From Zootoca vivipara (Eukaryota), in assembly GCF_963506605.1 (NCBI RefSeq), contig NC_083281.1, positions 39,494,001 through 39,558,000 of the forward strand: a stretch of 64,000 nucleotides of DNA, read 5' to 3'. Position 1 is the stretch's first letter. Each line of letters opens with the position of its first letter. The notes beneath the pieces were generated by a model that did not search any database, had not been told where the DNA came from, and saw only the letters and a list, made by a program, of their open reading frames with translations. The position numbers and the translations under genes were made by a program. Positions 50,310-62,998 of the stretch are shown here, piece by piece.

Positions 50310-51998
50310 AAATATGTTTATATTTAAGTTGACTAGACCTAGATTTTTTTAAAGAGCTTTTTACAAGACTATTGGCTGGTGGCTGGGGAGTTCTGAGCCT
50401 TCCCCATTACTATTATGCTTCCCAATTAAGTCACATGCTTTCCCTGATAATAGAGAATGAAAGTGATCTGTGGATGCAAATGGGAAATGTGGAACTGGAA
50501 GGTACCTTGCTCTGTGCATATCCATTCTGGAAATACAAATGTTGTTCTCCAAATTGGTTAACTAATATATTTTCATTAACAATATTTAACATCTGGATTA
50601 AATGGGTAGAACACCTGGCACCTGGCATGTTTCCAATCATTTCATTGCAACATCACCCCTTGTTCAAAACCAAAAGTAGACCTTACAATACTGCTTCCTA
50701 GAAATTCAGCCACTTAGTTTACCGGAGTTTTGTGCAGAGGGTGCCCCTTTTTCTATAGCAGGCATAAAATACCATATAGGTAATACGCAGGTCCCCCTAT
50801 TCATTTTGACTCACAAACAAAAAGGGATGCAACCAGTGTGGTTTGAGGGGGAGGGGGGAATAGAGAGAAAAATTGGAGTATGGATTGCCAACACCACAGG
50901 GGGAAGGCTGTGTCTGGAAATCTACTGAATTCCTTCAAAACCAGGAGGTTCAACATCAAACTCAGCTGGTTGGTGGTGCCATAGCTTAGCCCCTGAGCCA
51001 TGTTTTTACAATCCAGTTGAGTTTGCAGCTTCTTGTAGCTGAGGTTAACTGAAGGATGGAGGCTATATGATAAACCATTCCTCCGCTTCTGCTATAAAAA
51101 CTGGTTCCAGGTCACTAGAGCCTGCAATGAACTCAATTGCTGGAAAAACTCACATTGAATTTATAAAGCTATTTTAGCTATTGACAAATGAAATTGTTTT
51201 CATAACAGGGGAAATGAGAGTCAGTTTATACCCCCCCCCCAAAAAAAATCTTTCGCCATCGTCATCAACAACAACAACCTAAAAGATCATATCACACCTT
51301 ATATATCCAATTTAACACTGTGCTCTGCAGGTGGTGGTGGTGGTGGGGGTCTTGCAGATACCAACCTATCAGGAGGCCCATTCTACACAATATAGGAATT
51401 GGGTCTTCCAGTTCCTGTGAAATATTAGACAAGCACAATCTTTGCTGTTGTTGGTACCTACTGAGATCTTTCTAAGTCTGCAGAGATCTTTCTCAGTCTG
51501 CATCTGTATTGGATTTATTTTTAGAAGTTTTAATGATTTATTGTCTATATGCCTGCTGCTCTGACTCTTCTGGGAGGAAGGGTGGGATAGAAATTTAAGA
51601 GGAGGGACAATAATAAAAACAAAAGGCTACTCCTGAACACTACCACTTCCCCATGCACACTATTTTTCTATGTCCAGGGAATTCTATTTATTTTATTTTT
51701 ACTCCCCTCTTCTTCTGAGGAAGCTTGCAACATGGGCCACATATACACCATACATTTAAAGCACTATGGTACCATTTTAAACACCCATGGCTTTCCCCAA
51801 AGAATTTGGGTAACTGTAGTTTGTTAAGGGTGCTGAGAGTTGTTAGAAGACCCTTATTCCTCTTACAAATATTCACATTCAATATTCACATTCCCCATGT
51901 GAATATCCATACTTGGATTGGACTTAGGTCACATTAAATGTGCATTTTGTTTGTTTTTCAGAGAGCATTATGGACCAGATGCATGTCTTGTATACCTT

Positions 51999-52562
51999 TG
52001 TTATGAACTGGCTGGATGCAAAGGAGTGGTGGGAGGCACCAGCTGTGGAACCTCAAAGCGAGGATGGTTCAGAGCCAGGCAATTGGTGGTGGGATGAAAA
52101 TAAATGATCAGGTGGAGAATAGGGAGCAGACTGGGAGGAGGAGGTGTCAGGAGCTGAAGAGGTAACAGGGTTTAGTGAGCAGGAAGAGGCTGTGGCAGAG
52201 AGCAATTCAGAATCAGAGACAAAAGCAGAGACTGGAGAACAGGGGGCAAGAGGCAGATATGAGGCGCTATGCTGAAGAAGCCAGGCGGTCTCATCCTCCT
52301 GCTGTGACCAGCTTCCATTCCCCCCCCCCATCTCCCAGAATACATAGAGGTATTAAAAGGGTGGAGCAAAGACAGACAAAACAAAGAAGTCAAGTCTTGA
52401 GAAGGACCTGGGGGGAGGAGAAGACTTACAGTCCTCACAGCTGCCTCATTAGGATGAAACTTACTGGGAAGAGTTGCTGTGCTCACTAGGCTTGAGCTGT
52501 TTTGTTTCACTGGCACCTTGTGAGTTATTGCTGACCTGTACCCTGCTCTTGCCTCGACAACA
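51999..52562 (+). mobile_element. Solo-LTR-like element related to 11733-12726
   Basis: TGTT...AACA termini; shares ccatctcccagaa...taaaag...gagcaaaga with the 11733 LTR; no clear TSD. Confidence 0.6.
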
Positions 52563-52647
52563 TCCCACTATTGAAAAATCTGAAGATGCTTTTCATCATT
52601 TGGGTACCTTCATCCTAGAGACTACAACAAAGAATGTTAACAACAGC

Positions 52648-53442
52648 TAGGGATGAGCGATTAATGTTTTCAATTTTAAACTACCTGATTCATCTAGGGA
52701 CATGGGTGGCACTGTGGGTTAAACCACTGAGCCTAGGGCTTGCTGATCAGGAGGTTGGCGGTTCGAATCCCTGCGACGGGGTGAGCTCCCATTGCTCGGT
52801 CTCAGCTCCTGCCGACCTAGCAGTTCGAAAGCACGTCAAAGTGCAAGTAGATAAATAGGAACCGCTACAGCGGGAAGATAAATGGCATTTCCGTGTGCTG
52901 CTCTGGTTCACCAGAAGCAGCTTTGTCATGCTGGCCACATGACCTGGAAGCTGTACGCCGGCTCCCTCGGCCAATAACGCGAGATGAGCGCCGCAACCCC
53001 AGAGTCAGTCATGTCTGGACCTAATGGTCAGGGGTCCCTTTACCTTTTTATCTGATGCATGCTTAGGAGAACAATGCACAAATTCAAACACAGCTACCCT
53101 TCAAAAGTCATACACCTCCAAATGTTGTGATGCAATTCTCCAACCAAATAATGCGCACAGAAATGTATGTATTACAGGAAAGTGTGCATAAATATGCATA
53201 TAGTAGTGACAGTAACATAAAATTGCATATAAGTGAAATTGCTTGCTAAATATGTATTGGAAATATGTATTGGAAAATTGCAAACTTGAGTATATTTGGA
53301 TGAATTTGCACTCAAAATGTTGACACGTTTTCATGAGGATCTTTTTGTTTTGTTTTTAATGCAAACCAATGCAGAAATTTGCTTAAGGCTGAAAAGTAGA
53401 GAAACTGAGAGGAACCAAAACTGACAGATTCATCCATTCCTA
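52648..53442. mobile_element. TAGGG-terminus DNA element, interrupted by a Sauria SINE
   Basis: TAGGGATGAG...CATTCCTA termini; body similar to the 40432 and 46063 copies. Confidence 0.7.
52697..53048 (+). mobile_element. Full-length Sauria SINE
   Basis: Head, body and TTTACCTTT tail; diverged TSD TACCTGATTCAT/TATCTGATGCAT. Confidence 0.95.
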
Positions 53443-53599
53443 GCAGGTCCTTAGGAACCATCATCCTAAGCATATATGGACAGGAGGGATCAATAAAGAT
53501 CTTCGGTCTCTATCCTGCTCCAGGCAGGGTGCAAAGGGAGAACAGGGAGAACACAGCAAAAGTTCAGACAAAGCAGTAAAGCTAAGCAAACCACCGGCT

Positions 53600-54460
53600 G
53601 ATAGTCTGTTCCACTGTCAAACAGCAGTTCCTAATGTTCAATCAGACTCTCATTTCTTGTAATTTGAATCCCTTGGTTTGGGTCCTACACCCTGGAGCAG
53701 CAGAAAACAAGCTTGCTCTATTTTCCATGTGGCAGCCCTTCAAATATTTGAGGATGGCTATTATATCACCTCTCAGTCTTCTCTTCTCTATGCTAAACAT
53801 ACCCAACTCCCTCAACCATTCCTCATAAGGCTTGGTTTCTGGACCCTTTATCATATTGGTTTCTGGACCCTTTATCATATTGGTCATCCTCCTCCTCCAG
53901 CTTGTCAATATCCTTTTTAAACTGTGGTGTCCAGAACTGTACACAGTACTCCAGGTGGGGTCCAACCACGGCAGAATACGGTGGTACTATACCTTCCCTT
54001 GGCAACGAGCCATTGGTGAGCATTCCTTGTGTTTGGACATTCAACCAGCTACAAACTCGCCTGAGAGTAACATTGTCTAGACCACATTTTACCAGCTTCT
54101 CCACAAGGATATCAAAAGCCATACCGAAATGAAGATACATTACAAGCTTGTAACTTTGTTAAAAACAAAACAAAACATGGCCATCTTTTCTAAGTGCTCA
54201 CAGATTGCCTCCTTAATTATCTGTTTATGCCCTTTCCTGGTATTGATATCAAACTGGCCAGTCATTAGCATAGCTGCCAAGTTATCCCCTTTTTAAAGGG
54301 ATTTTCCCTTATGCTGAATAGGCTTCCTCGCGAGAAAAGGGAAAACTTGGCAGCTATGGTCAGTAGTTGCCTGGGTCCTCTCCCCCCACCCCGCTTTTTG
54401 AAGGTGGGGACATTTGCCTGCCTCCATTCTGCAGTGGTCTCATGTGTTTTCCAAGAACAA
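53600..54460 (-). mobile_element. CR1 LINE ORF2 (RT) remnant with internal deletions
   Basis: [56 protein letters not shown]; 24-bp tandem duplication near 53834. Confidence 0.9.
54269..54358. mobile_element. 90-bp hAT MITE within the CR1 remnant
   Basis: Perfect 15-bp TIR CATAGCTGCCAAGTT; TSD GTCATTAG/GTCAGTAG. Confidence 0.9.
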
Positions 54461-55734
54461 GGCTTCCCTTCTCACCAGTAATTTTTGCAATGCCCAGAGA
54501 TCTTGATGTTGACATCCAAGGGGCATCGCGCGGCCTGCTGGCTTGCCCCCAGCGGGCCTGGGCCCTCCAGCTGACACACTGGCTGGTCCTCTGGAGCAAC
54601 TATGCTAAATGTGTTCCTGCTTCGGTTCTGTGCTGGTAAGTAACAGACATGTGACACGCAACAGTAACATGTCTGCAAACCCTTAAGGTGGAATGGAAAT
54701 CACAACACTTGATTCCTGAGAAAATATATTTCGCCCATTTACAGATGACGTCTCTATTTACCAGAAGATATGACACTCTGTTAGCATGTGTGTGTGGGGA
54801 GAGGGAATCAAAATTGGCTGTGGAGTGAAAACATATTTACATTTCATTCTACGGGAAATAAATCTAATGACCATGTAAGTGATTCAAAATTACATAAGCA
54901 ATAAAAGCATAATTACCTTTGTATTAATGTCTCTACTAGAGTAGGGCCTCCCCCTCCCCCCAACAGCAAGTACCCGCTGGCGCTTGACCAGAGTGATATG
55001 GCGAGAAAGTGATTAGGAGCAGGTAATTGTTAACAGAGAGAGATGGGTAGGTATTAATTAATAATTAACTGAGTAAGTAGAATTCTATAGGAAAGTGTAA
55101 TTAATTCCACCTGGGTTTTGTGGGACCGGCACTTATTAAAATGTAATAATGAGCTTCCAGAATGCCAGAGGCTCTTGCTCTGTGAATGTGTGTGTGTTTA
55201 AAGAAATGTCTGGACTACTATCAAGAGAACTGATGGAGGATTCAGCTTCAAGCTTAGTTTTAATCCTACTAGTCTCAGGGCTACAGCCGATACTAGTGCC
55301 CAGCGAAACAGGAACCAATATTATGTTTTATATTCTGTTGGTTAAAAAAACCCATCCCTCACTTTTCAAATGTTCCATTCTGCCCTTCATTAAATTGTAG
55401 ATGTTGTTTGAAAGATGAACTGCCCAATGATTCTCGGGTGTTGCCTGAAGCAAAGGACAAGATGCACACACACGCACACACGCACACAATTCCATTTTCA
55501 GAAGGTGACTGACAGTTTAATCTGTTGGAGATTCATTCCCCATGTGCAGTCATGGGTTTGTTGTCTATTATATGACTGTATATGTGTTTACTTTCCACAG
55601 CAATGGGAAGTGACATAGACAGGATGCTTGTCTTACTGTGTTCCTGAAGTGGGACTATTGTCCTTTGTTCTTTCTATTTGCTGTCTGATGCTAGAGAGAG
55701 AGGGAGCCATGTTGCAGTACCCCATGTGTATTTA

Positions 55735-56254
55735 CAGTGGTACCTCGGTTTATGAACACAATTGGTTCCAGAAGTCTGTTCATAAACCGAAGCATTCATA
55801 AACTGAAGCGAACTTTCCCATTGAAAGTAATGGAAAGTGGATTAATCCGTTCCAGATGGGTCCACGGAGTACTCAACCTGAAGCGTACTTAACCTGAAGC
55901 ATGGGTATAATTGGTTCCGGAAGTCTTTTCATAGAATCATAGAATCATAGAGTTGGAAGAGACCACAAGGGCCATCCAGTCCAACCCCCTGCCAAGCAGG
56001 AAACGCCATCAAAGCATTCTTGACATATGCCTGTCAAGCCTCTGCTTAAAGACCTCCAAAGAAGGAGACTCCACCACACTCCTTGGTAGCAAATTCCACT
56101 GCCGAACAGCTCTATGAACTGAAGTGTTCACAAACTGAAGCAAACTTCCCCATTGAAAGTAATGGAAAGTGAATTAATCCATTCCAGATGGGTCTGCGGC
56201 GTTCGTAAACCGAAATTTCGTAAACCGAGGTGTTCATAAACCGAGGTTCCACTG
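55735..56254. mobile_element. Tigger-like MITE nested in LTR A
   Basis: 25-bp TIR CAGTGGTACCTCGGTTTATGAACAC (1 mismatch); TA TSD; internal ~150-bp duplication. Confidence 0.92.
55929..56113 (-). mobile_element. Young CR1 3' end nested in the MITE
   Basis: (CATAGAAT)n tail; gccatccagtccaaccccctgc. Confidence 0.92.
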
Positions 56255-56424
56255 TATATGTAAAGTAGATTAGCCCAAATGCTGAGTTGCTGAGTTCTGT
56301 TACACAACTGTGCAAACCTCTGCAGATCCCAAGTGTGCTGATGTCTTCAGGCATCAGTCGCTGTGATGTTCAGGGTGCTTAAAGCTTTTGAAGCTCCCAA
56401 ACGATTGCCCAGGAGGGAGGAAAC

Positions 56425-56837
56425 TGTTAGCATTTGGCACCTGGGGCAGTTGTGAGGCTGCCCCAGGGCTAGGACAAATGTTTGTGCACACATGCCCAGC
56501 TACTATTGAGTCCAGTGGTGCAATCAAATCTGTGATTGTTCCCCAATGTGAAGAACAACACACACAAGCCATTGAATAAGGCTAAACTGCTTTATTGTGG
56601 CAAAATGCAGAGTCTGTCTCTGTTTGCCCAGCTCAGACATTCAGAGCTGTTTAGCATGGCTGCCTCTCTCTAGCATAGAAGGCAGTGAAGAGAGAACAAA
56701 CAACAGCCCCACTACAGGAACAGAACAGTAGACGGATATCCTGTCTACGTCACATCCACTCTGTGGAATGAAAACACATACAGTCATATGATACACAACA
56801 ATCCTATGACTGCAGACGGGGAATGAATCTCCCAACA
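56425..56837 (-). mobile_element. Solo LTR B (same family as A), inserted inverted in LTR A
   Basis: Minus strand starts TGTTGGGAGATTCATTCCCC, homologous to the start of A. Contains AATAAA and ends CTAACA. TSD GAAAC/GGAAC. Confidence 0.8.
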
Positions 56838-57689
56838 GGAACATGCCAGTTGGGCATGTGTCTCTGCCAAGGTTCTACTCGAGAGTAGAACATCCTGACA
56901 AAATCTTCCTTCAATACTGCCAGCAGGAAAGGGTCCTGCGAGCAGGAGGCTGGATACAGAGGAGCAATACAGAGAATGTGGCACACCCAGCCCCTGTCTT
57001 TCACCCAAAGGGTATGGCCAGTAGACTCTGGAGAAACAACTATGGGAGTAGTTGCCTTACTTTGCCTAATGGCAGGGCCGGGCCTGACAATTCTGTCACA
57101 GTTATCCAGGGCTGAACCAAGAGAAACTTTCAACTGGCAAAAGTTCTCATCCAGCTCACCTTTTCAGATAATGACCACCAGTTTTGCTGTGGTGGCAGCA
57201 TTTCTTCCACAAGTACAGACACTCCACCTGTTTACCTGAAGAGCAAGTAGCTGCCATCCCCTTCACACCTAAAAGTCACCAGTGGACAATACAGTGAATG
57301 GGGAATCCTTTTTGCCCCCTGCTAGGCAACCTTCCAGGGGACACATCTCAACGGTGAGCAGGGCTAGAGGCAAAACTGGGTAGAGCAATAAATGTGAATT
57401 TTACCTTTGTGCAGTAGGCTAGTTTCTTCACTTTCACACATTGCTCTCTGTTCCCCATTCAAGGAACCAAGAAGCATGATCGGAGTTCAAAGACACATTC
57501 TAGCCAGGCACAAGCACTCATGGAGGTGCATTTTGGGAGATTGTGTGGCCCAAGAGCCAGACTGAGAGGCCTGGAGGGTCACAGTTGGCCCGTGCGGCTG
57601 AGCTCCCCCATTCCTAGTGTACAACCTTGACTCCCATGTTTGCCAGGCTTGGTATGAATGTATCGCAAATAGGTTTGCACTCTTGGACT

Positions 57690-58019
57690 CAGGGGCGTAT
57701 GGGGGGGTGCAGTGGGGGTGGACTGCCCCATGTGCCATCCCAGATATATATATATATATTTTACAAAATTCCCCCTTGGGCTGATCGCGGCCCCTTTCCG
57801 CGATTGGCCCCCCCACCAGGAGGATCATGCCACCACACCGCAATCTGGACCCCGCCAGGAGGATCGCACCATCACGCCGTGATCGGGGACCCCCCCCCCG
57901 GATTGTACCATTGCACTGATTACCCCATGGGCAGATTGCCCCACCCGTGGGTGGATCTCCCCGCCCCGCCCCGCCCCGCCCCACTGCTCCAGGTGCAGGA
58001 GCAGCTAGCTCCGCCACTG
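57690..58019. mobile_element. GC-rich hAT MITE
   Basis: CAGGGGCG...CGCCACTG termini; perfect TSD CTTGGACT; (CCCCG)n run. Confidence 0.92.
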
Positions 58020-59275
58020 CTTGGACTAAGCAAGAATGAAAAAGCCCAGATAATTTCTGACTTTGGAGTGCTCTGGTGAATGACCTAGCTTTGTCCTTGA
58101 ATTAAATTGATAAATAATGCACTGAGGACTAATGTTTTTCAAAGTGTTTTGCATGTAAAAACGAAAAGCAACCTGGGATTGTGAGGAGCGGAGTGGGAAG
58201 AAAGAAACTATCGAGCTCTCTGGGCGTTTGCTTATGCATCTGTTGAATGTGTGGAATCAGATGCTCTTTAGGGAGGCTGTGGTGGGCTTAATTATTTTCT
58301 GTTTGCAAAGCTGTTTAAGATCCTAAGTGAGCAGCGACACAGGAGCAGAAGGTATTGTGGTGACATTAGAGCTGGCACTGCTGCCGTGCCAAGTTCACAA
58401 TAAGGCACAAAACCAGGTCTGCAGAGGGAGAACAGAGAACCGTGGAGATATGTTAAGGAGGGATGCTGCCAAGTTTTGCAATTGTGGGGTTCAGAAACAA
58501 ACAAGCACCCACCCACCCGTCCAGCAACAAGAAGCTTTTTTTACATTCCAAGTTAACACACAAACCCTTTTGGATTTTAGCTCAGCTTGTTGAACAGTTT
58601 TGCCCATTCTAAGCTGTCCCAAAATTTACCTTCCAGCATTCTGTGGGGGTGGTGGGGTGGTATGGAGTTGTGATGAAGAAGGTTGTTCATGCCTTTATTA
58701 GCCCCCAAAGCCCTACTAATAGGAAGACTAGGGATGCTCAAATATTTCATTCTGTCTGCATATTTAAGTGACGCCACTTGAGGCATACTTTCTGGACTGA
58801 TACATTCAAAGTAGAAGTGGCTCGCTGGCTGGGGTGGGGACACCATGCTAACTTCCCAGCAGGTGGGTTGCTGCTGCATACCTGGAGGGGTGAGATGGTG
58901 GGAAGGTAGGAGTGGTGCAAATGCACTGGCAGGGATGACCTGGTGCTCCTGCCAGTGTGTCTGCACTGTGCCAACCTCCCTGCCATTTCCCCCTCCCTTC
59001 TGGCAGCCCATTCCCTCCCCACATGCCCTGTCTCTAGGTGGGAGGGAAGAGAAAACCTGCCCCCAATGAAAGCTAAGTGGATGGCATTGTGTGTGTTTTG
59101 TCAGTGATTTTGAACCCTAGAGAAGTGGTATGAATAATTATTCAGTGAAAATCTAAATGAATGCAAAACAAACTAAAAGGTTTGAAAGAGACAACAGAAG
59201 ATGAAGGCAGGGGGAAAGAAGACGATCAGTTTGAGAAGAACATGAGTTTCACATCACAATCCCATGGCTGTTTAC

Positions 59276-59544
59276 TAGGGCTCTGTGTGTCTTCCCCCAA
59301 ATATGATCCAGAGCCCAATCTGAACTTTGGATCAGCCCCAACACAAGCTGATCCAGAGTCGACCCAGCCCATATCTGGACCCTGAATCAATTTGGGGACA
59401 AGTGCTAATGTTAAATCAGGCTTTAATTAGGAGCAATCTGAGACTGTCTCATTTCAACCTGATTTGGCCAAAGAATGGATCCACCCAGATCTGTCTGAAT
59501 TGGTTTAGGATCCAGGTTTAGACTGAATCCAGTGCACATCCCTA
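59276..59544. mobile_element. hAT element with TAGGG termini
   Basis: TAGGG...CCCTA; perfect TSD CTGTTTAC. Confidence 0.85.
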
Positions 59545-61482
59545 CTGTTTACTCAGAAGAAATCCCATTGAGTTCAAGGGGACTTACTCCTTAGTATAGT
59601 TAGCCAAAGACTGTGGGGCCTTTTTGCTGCTCCAGCAGGGATCTTACATTCTTACATCCTATAAGCAAATTGAAGAAACAACTAGATATCCCAACAGCCC
59701 CTGAAGAGCAGTGACTGGGTTTTGTTTTTGTTGTGTGTGTGTGTGTGCAGTTTTGCCACTAAGGATGAGTTGATCAAACAGAAAGATGTACACAACTATT
59801 CTGATTACCAGAGCGCCATAAAAATGTAAGAGCCTGATGGATCAGGTCAATGGCCCATCTAGTCGAAGGTCCTGTTGTCCCAGTGGCCAGACATACCGAT
59901 GTGAGACTAGCAAGCAGGCCCCAGAAACTGGTCTTTAGAAACATTACGGCCTCCAGCTGTGGAGACACGATGATGGGTGTTAAAACTAGCAGTGGGGGGG
60001 GGGTCAGTGACAGCCTGTGTTTCTTTCCCTTCAGAAGGGAAATGATTCTCCTTTGCTAGAGCCATCCCCGTCTCTGTGCCTTAATGAAGGCATCCCTCTC
60101 TGGTGGTTGTCTTTTGAAGTGGCTAATTATGTGGCATGGCTGATGGGCCAACACGCCTCGCTTGCGTATTGAGTGGGCCATGCATATTGTACGGCGAATT
60201 ACAGACTAAGATGAAGTGCCGGGAATCATTTGAAGATGAACGTCAGGATAAAGAGCTGAGTAGTGATCTCAATTAGGCAGCCCAAAGATCTCCTGGGGGA
60301 TGTAAAGAACAAAAATCCATAGCTTGAACCATTTTAAATTGAAGAGGATGAAGGAAACCAGTATATGGACATTTACTTATCTCTTTCCAAATTTCTGCAT
60401 AAGCTGGTCAGCATTGCTTTAGTTCTGGGGGGAAGTTTCCACCTCATGTCCCTGTTCTCTTTTTATGTTACAACTATATTGCCTGCTGTCCCCCATCCTG
60501 ACTCACTTGCCTCTCTTTTTTCTGCTTTTGCTCCTCCACTGCCCCATCAGACTCTCCCCGTGTTACTGAATCTCCGCTCTTTTATCAATCCAGCGTAGAG
60601 TACCTCCCACCCCTCAAAGGAGATAGCCTGTATATTTTTTCAGCCCCTCACATACTGTTGAGACTCTCTATGTATATTCTGTCTCTTTGTTATAGTGTAG
60701 TGTGAGAAAGTCAGAAAAGTCAGAGTGAAACAATGCCGATGAAGCTGAGAGACTATATAAGCAGTAGCAGTCAGTGGGATGGGACGGTGCGGTTATCCTG
60801 GCTTCCTAGGAGAGATGTAACTACTGTCAACCGAAAGGGAGAGGGTCATTGTCCTGATCCAGCAGACTCTTATTACATTATTATGTTCCTATGATTCCAT
60901 TTGCATTCCATTTCATGGTTGAACTTTCGTTCATGAAAACATGGGTAGAATTCCCCCTTCTAACCTTCTACTGTCAACATGGGAAATTCAGATAGTGAGT
61001 GGGCAGGGATAGACATGCTGAGGTTGAAGGTGGCAGGCTGTTCAGAACTGCAGTTCAGAAAATGCAGAGTTGGGCTGGTTCATCTAAAGACCCATCAGCA
61101 GAGTGGCCAACCAGATGTTCCAATGGGAAGCTTGCAAGCAGAACTTGAGCACAACAGCAACTCTCCCTACTTGTGAATCCTAGAAACTATTATTCAGAGG
61201 CATACTGCCTTTGGCAGTGGAGGTAGAACGTAGGCATTGTGGCTAGAAGCCAGGGATAGTATTTATGCAAACATTAGCTTGTTCCCATAGAATAAGTCTG
61301 AGCCTAGTGAAAAAGTTTGCTCTGGACTGGAAGATGAATTTGAAGCAGTAGAGAAGCATAGTGTGAAATCATGCTCTAGGAAGACTTTTCAGGCCTGGAG
61401 GGCAGCAAGAAAGAATGGATGGAGTTGGTTAAGGTGGCAGCCCTAGACATGCTTACCTGGGAGGAAGTCCCAGTGAAAGCAT

Positions 61483-61634
61483 GTGGGATAGCTCAATTGG
61501 TAGAGCATGAAACTCTTAATCTCGGGGTCATGGGTTTGAGCCCCACATTGAGCAAAAGATTCCTGCATTGCAGGGGTTGGACTAGATGACCCTCATGGTC
61601 CCTTCCAACTCTACAGTTCTATGTTTCTGTGATT
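61483..61634 (+). mobile_element. tRNA-Lys(CTT)-derived SINE with CR1 3' tail
   Basis: tagctcaattggtagagcatgaaactcttaatctcggggtcatgggtttgagccccac resembles tRNA-Lys, followed by ggggttggactagatgacc and a TTCT(A/G)TG tail. Confidence 0.88.
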
Positions 61635-62998
61635 GTTCTGGAAGAGATTCTAGGGTGGCCAAGACAGCAGCAAAGACCAGACCACTGGCCTGGATATAAC
61701 AGGAGGAGTCATAATAGATTGACTCTAGATGGCGCAACTGTCTGCACTCCCAGTGCAGTTAAAGAGCCATGAATGAAGTGAGGTTTAAAGCTTCCAATAA
61801 ATGTGAAGAAAAAGACTGAGCACCGTAGTCTCTTCACTTCATTCTCCTATCATTAATAGCCTCTCAACAACCTCATTTGCATCCTCTTAAAAGGCAGCAG
61901 AGCGCATTAAGCCCCAAGGAACTGTGTGCTAATGTGTCAGGGTGTGTGCTAATGGAAAACTCAGGTGAGGTTTGAGTTGCAATCCTGTCTTAAGGGCAGC
62001 ACTTTGAAAATAATTCTCAGTGCCATGTTTCTCCAGACTATCATCACACTACTACTTCTCTCCCTCCCACTCCCTCCCCTGCCTCCTCAGTGACATACCT
62101 TCCAAGATAACAACAGGACTCTAGATCCCTGGCCCAATGTGCTTTCAGGAAGGGTTAGCTTCTGCTAACCACAGGCTCTCTGGAGCTCATTTTGACATTG
62201 GAGTTGGAGAGGAGGAAGGCACCATTCAATTATCTCAGGGCAATGTAAAAAACAGGAAAAATCTGTTGCATTTCCAATGGGGGGGGGACCTAGTAATTTT
62301 AAGTAGGGCATTATTTCTCCAAATAAACACTTACAATGCAATCCTATATTCCATGTGTTAGGAACTTCAGAGGCCCCCCAGGCTTTTCTATTTGGCCCTT
62401 GGGATGCTTCCTAGGCCAAACCAGTCACTTGCCCTACTTATAACCCCCTTTTCTTTCATCATGGAACTGAAGGTGACATACACGTGGCTCCCAGGTGGTC
62501 ACTCCTCCAGACCCATGCTCAGACAGGTTTAGCTTCAGGAAGGTGATGGACTCAGGTGTTGCCTTCAGAAGATACCTTAGGGTTATTGGTAGGATGACAA
62601 TCTGTTAGGGCAGTGTATTTATTGAATTAAAGATCTTTTGGTGTTGTTTTGAAGTTTATGTTGTCTTGTATTAGTAAAGATGGAGGGTGAGCATGACATT
62701 TTTCTACCTCTCTCATAAGACGTAATACTCCTGGCAGATCATGTTATGAGTGCCTACTGGCCACAATGGGTATGCCTGCCTTACCGCCAACACTGGAGAC
62801 AGAATGCCTCTGAGCAACAGTTGCTAGGAATCACAATTAGCGTGAGTGCTAGTGCACTCATTTCTTGCTTGTGGACTTCCCAGACGCATCTGGTTGTCCA
62901 CTGTGAGAATATTATGCTGGCCTGATCCTGCTGCAGGGCCCTCCATGTTATCCCGAGGACAGCTAATCTTGTCTCCTCCTTTCATAGTATTCTTACAG

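Larger units (their letters stand above)
55523..56900 (+). mobile_element. Solo LTR A, host of nested insertions
   Basis: TGTTGGAGA...CCTGACA termini; TSD TAATC/AAATC. Confidence 0.78.

Noticed and set aside
53642-54140. Reverse-transcriptase-like ORFs
   Set aside because: Frameshifted, internally deleted CR1 remnant; not a functional gene.
57487-58079. Longest ORFs (176 aa on minus, 150 aa on plus)
   Set aside because: They overlap a GC-rich MITE, where stop codons are scarce; low-complexity Gly/Pro peptides with no recognisable domain.
58300-58445. Strong minus-strand polypyrimidine tract with CAG acceptor near 58417
   Set aside because: No convincing donor or recognisable coding frame downstream.
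61483-61552. tRNA-Lys gene
   Set aside because: Mutated stems and T-loop, and joined to a CR1 tail, so it is a SINE head.
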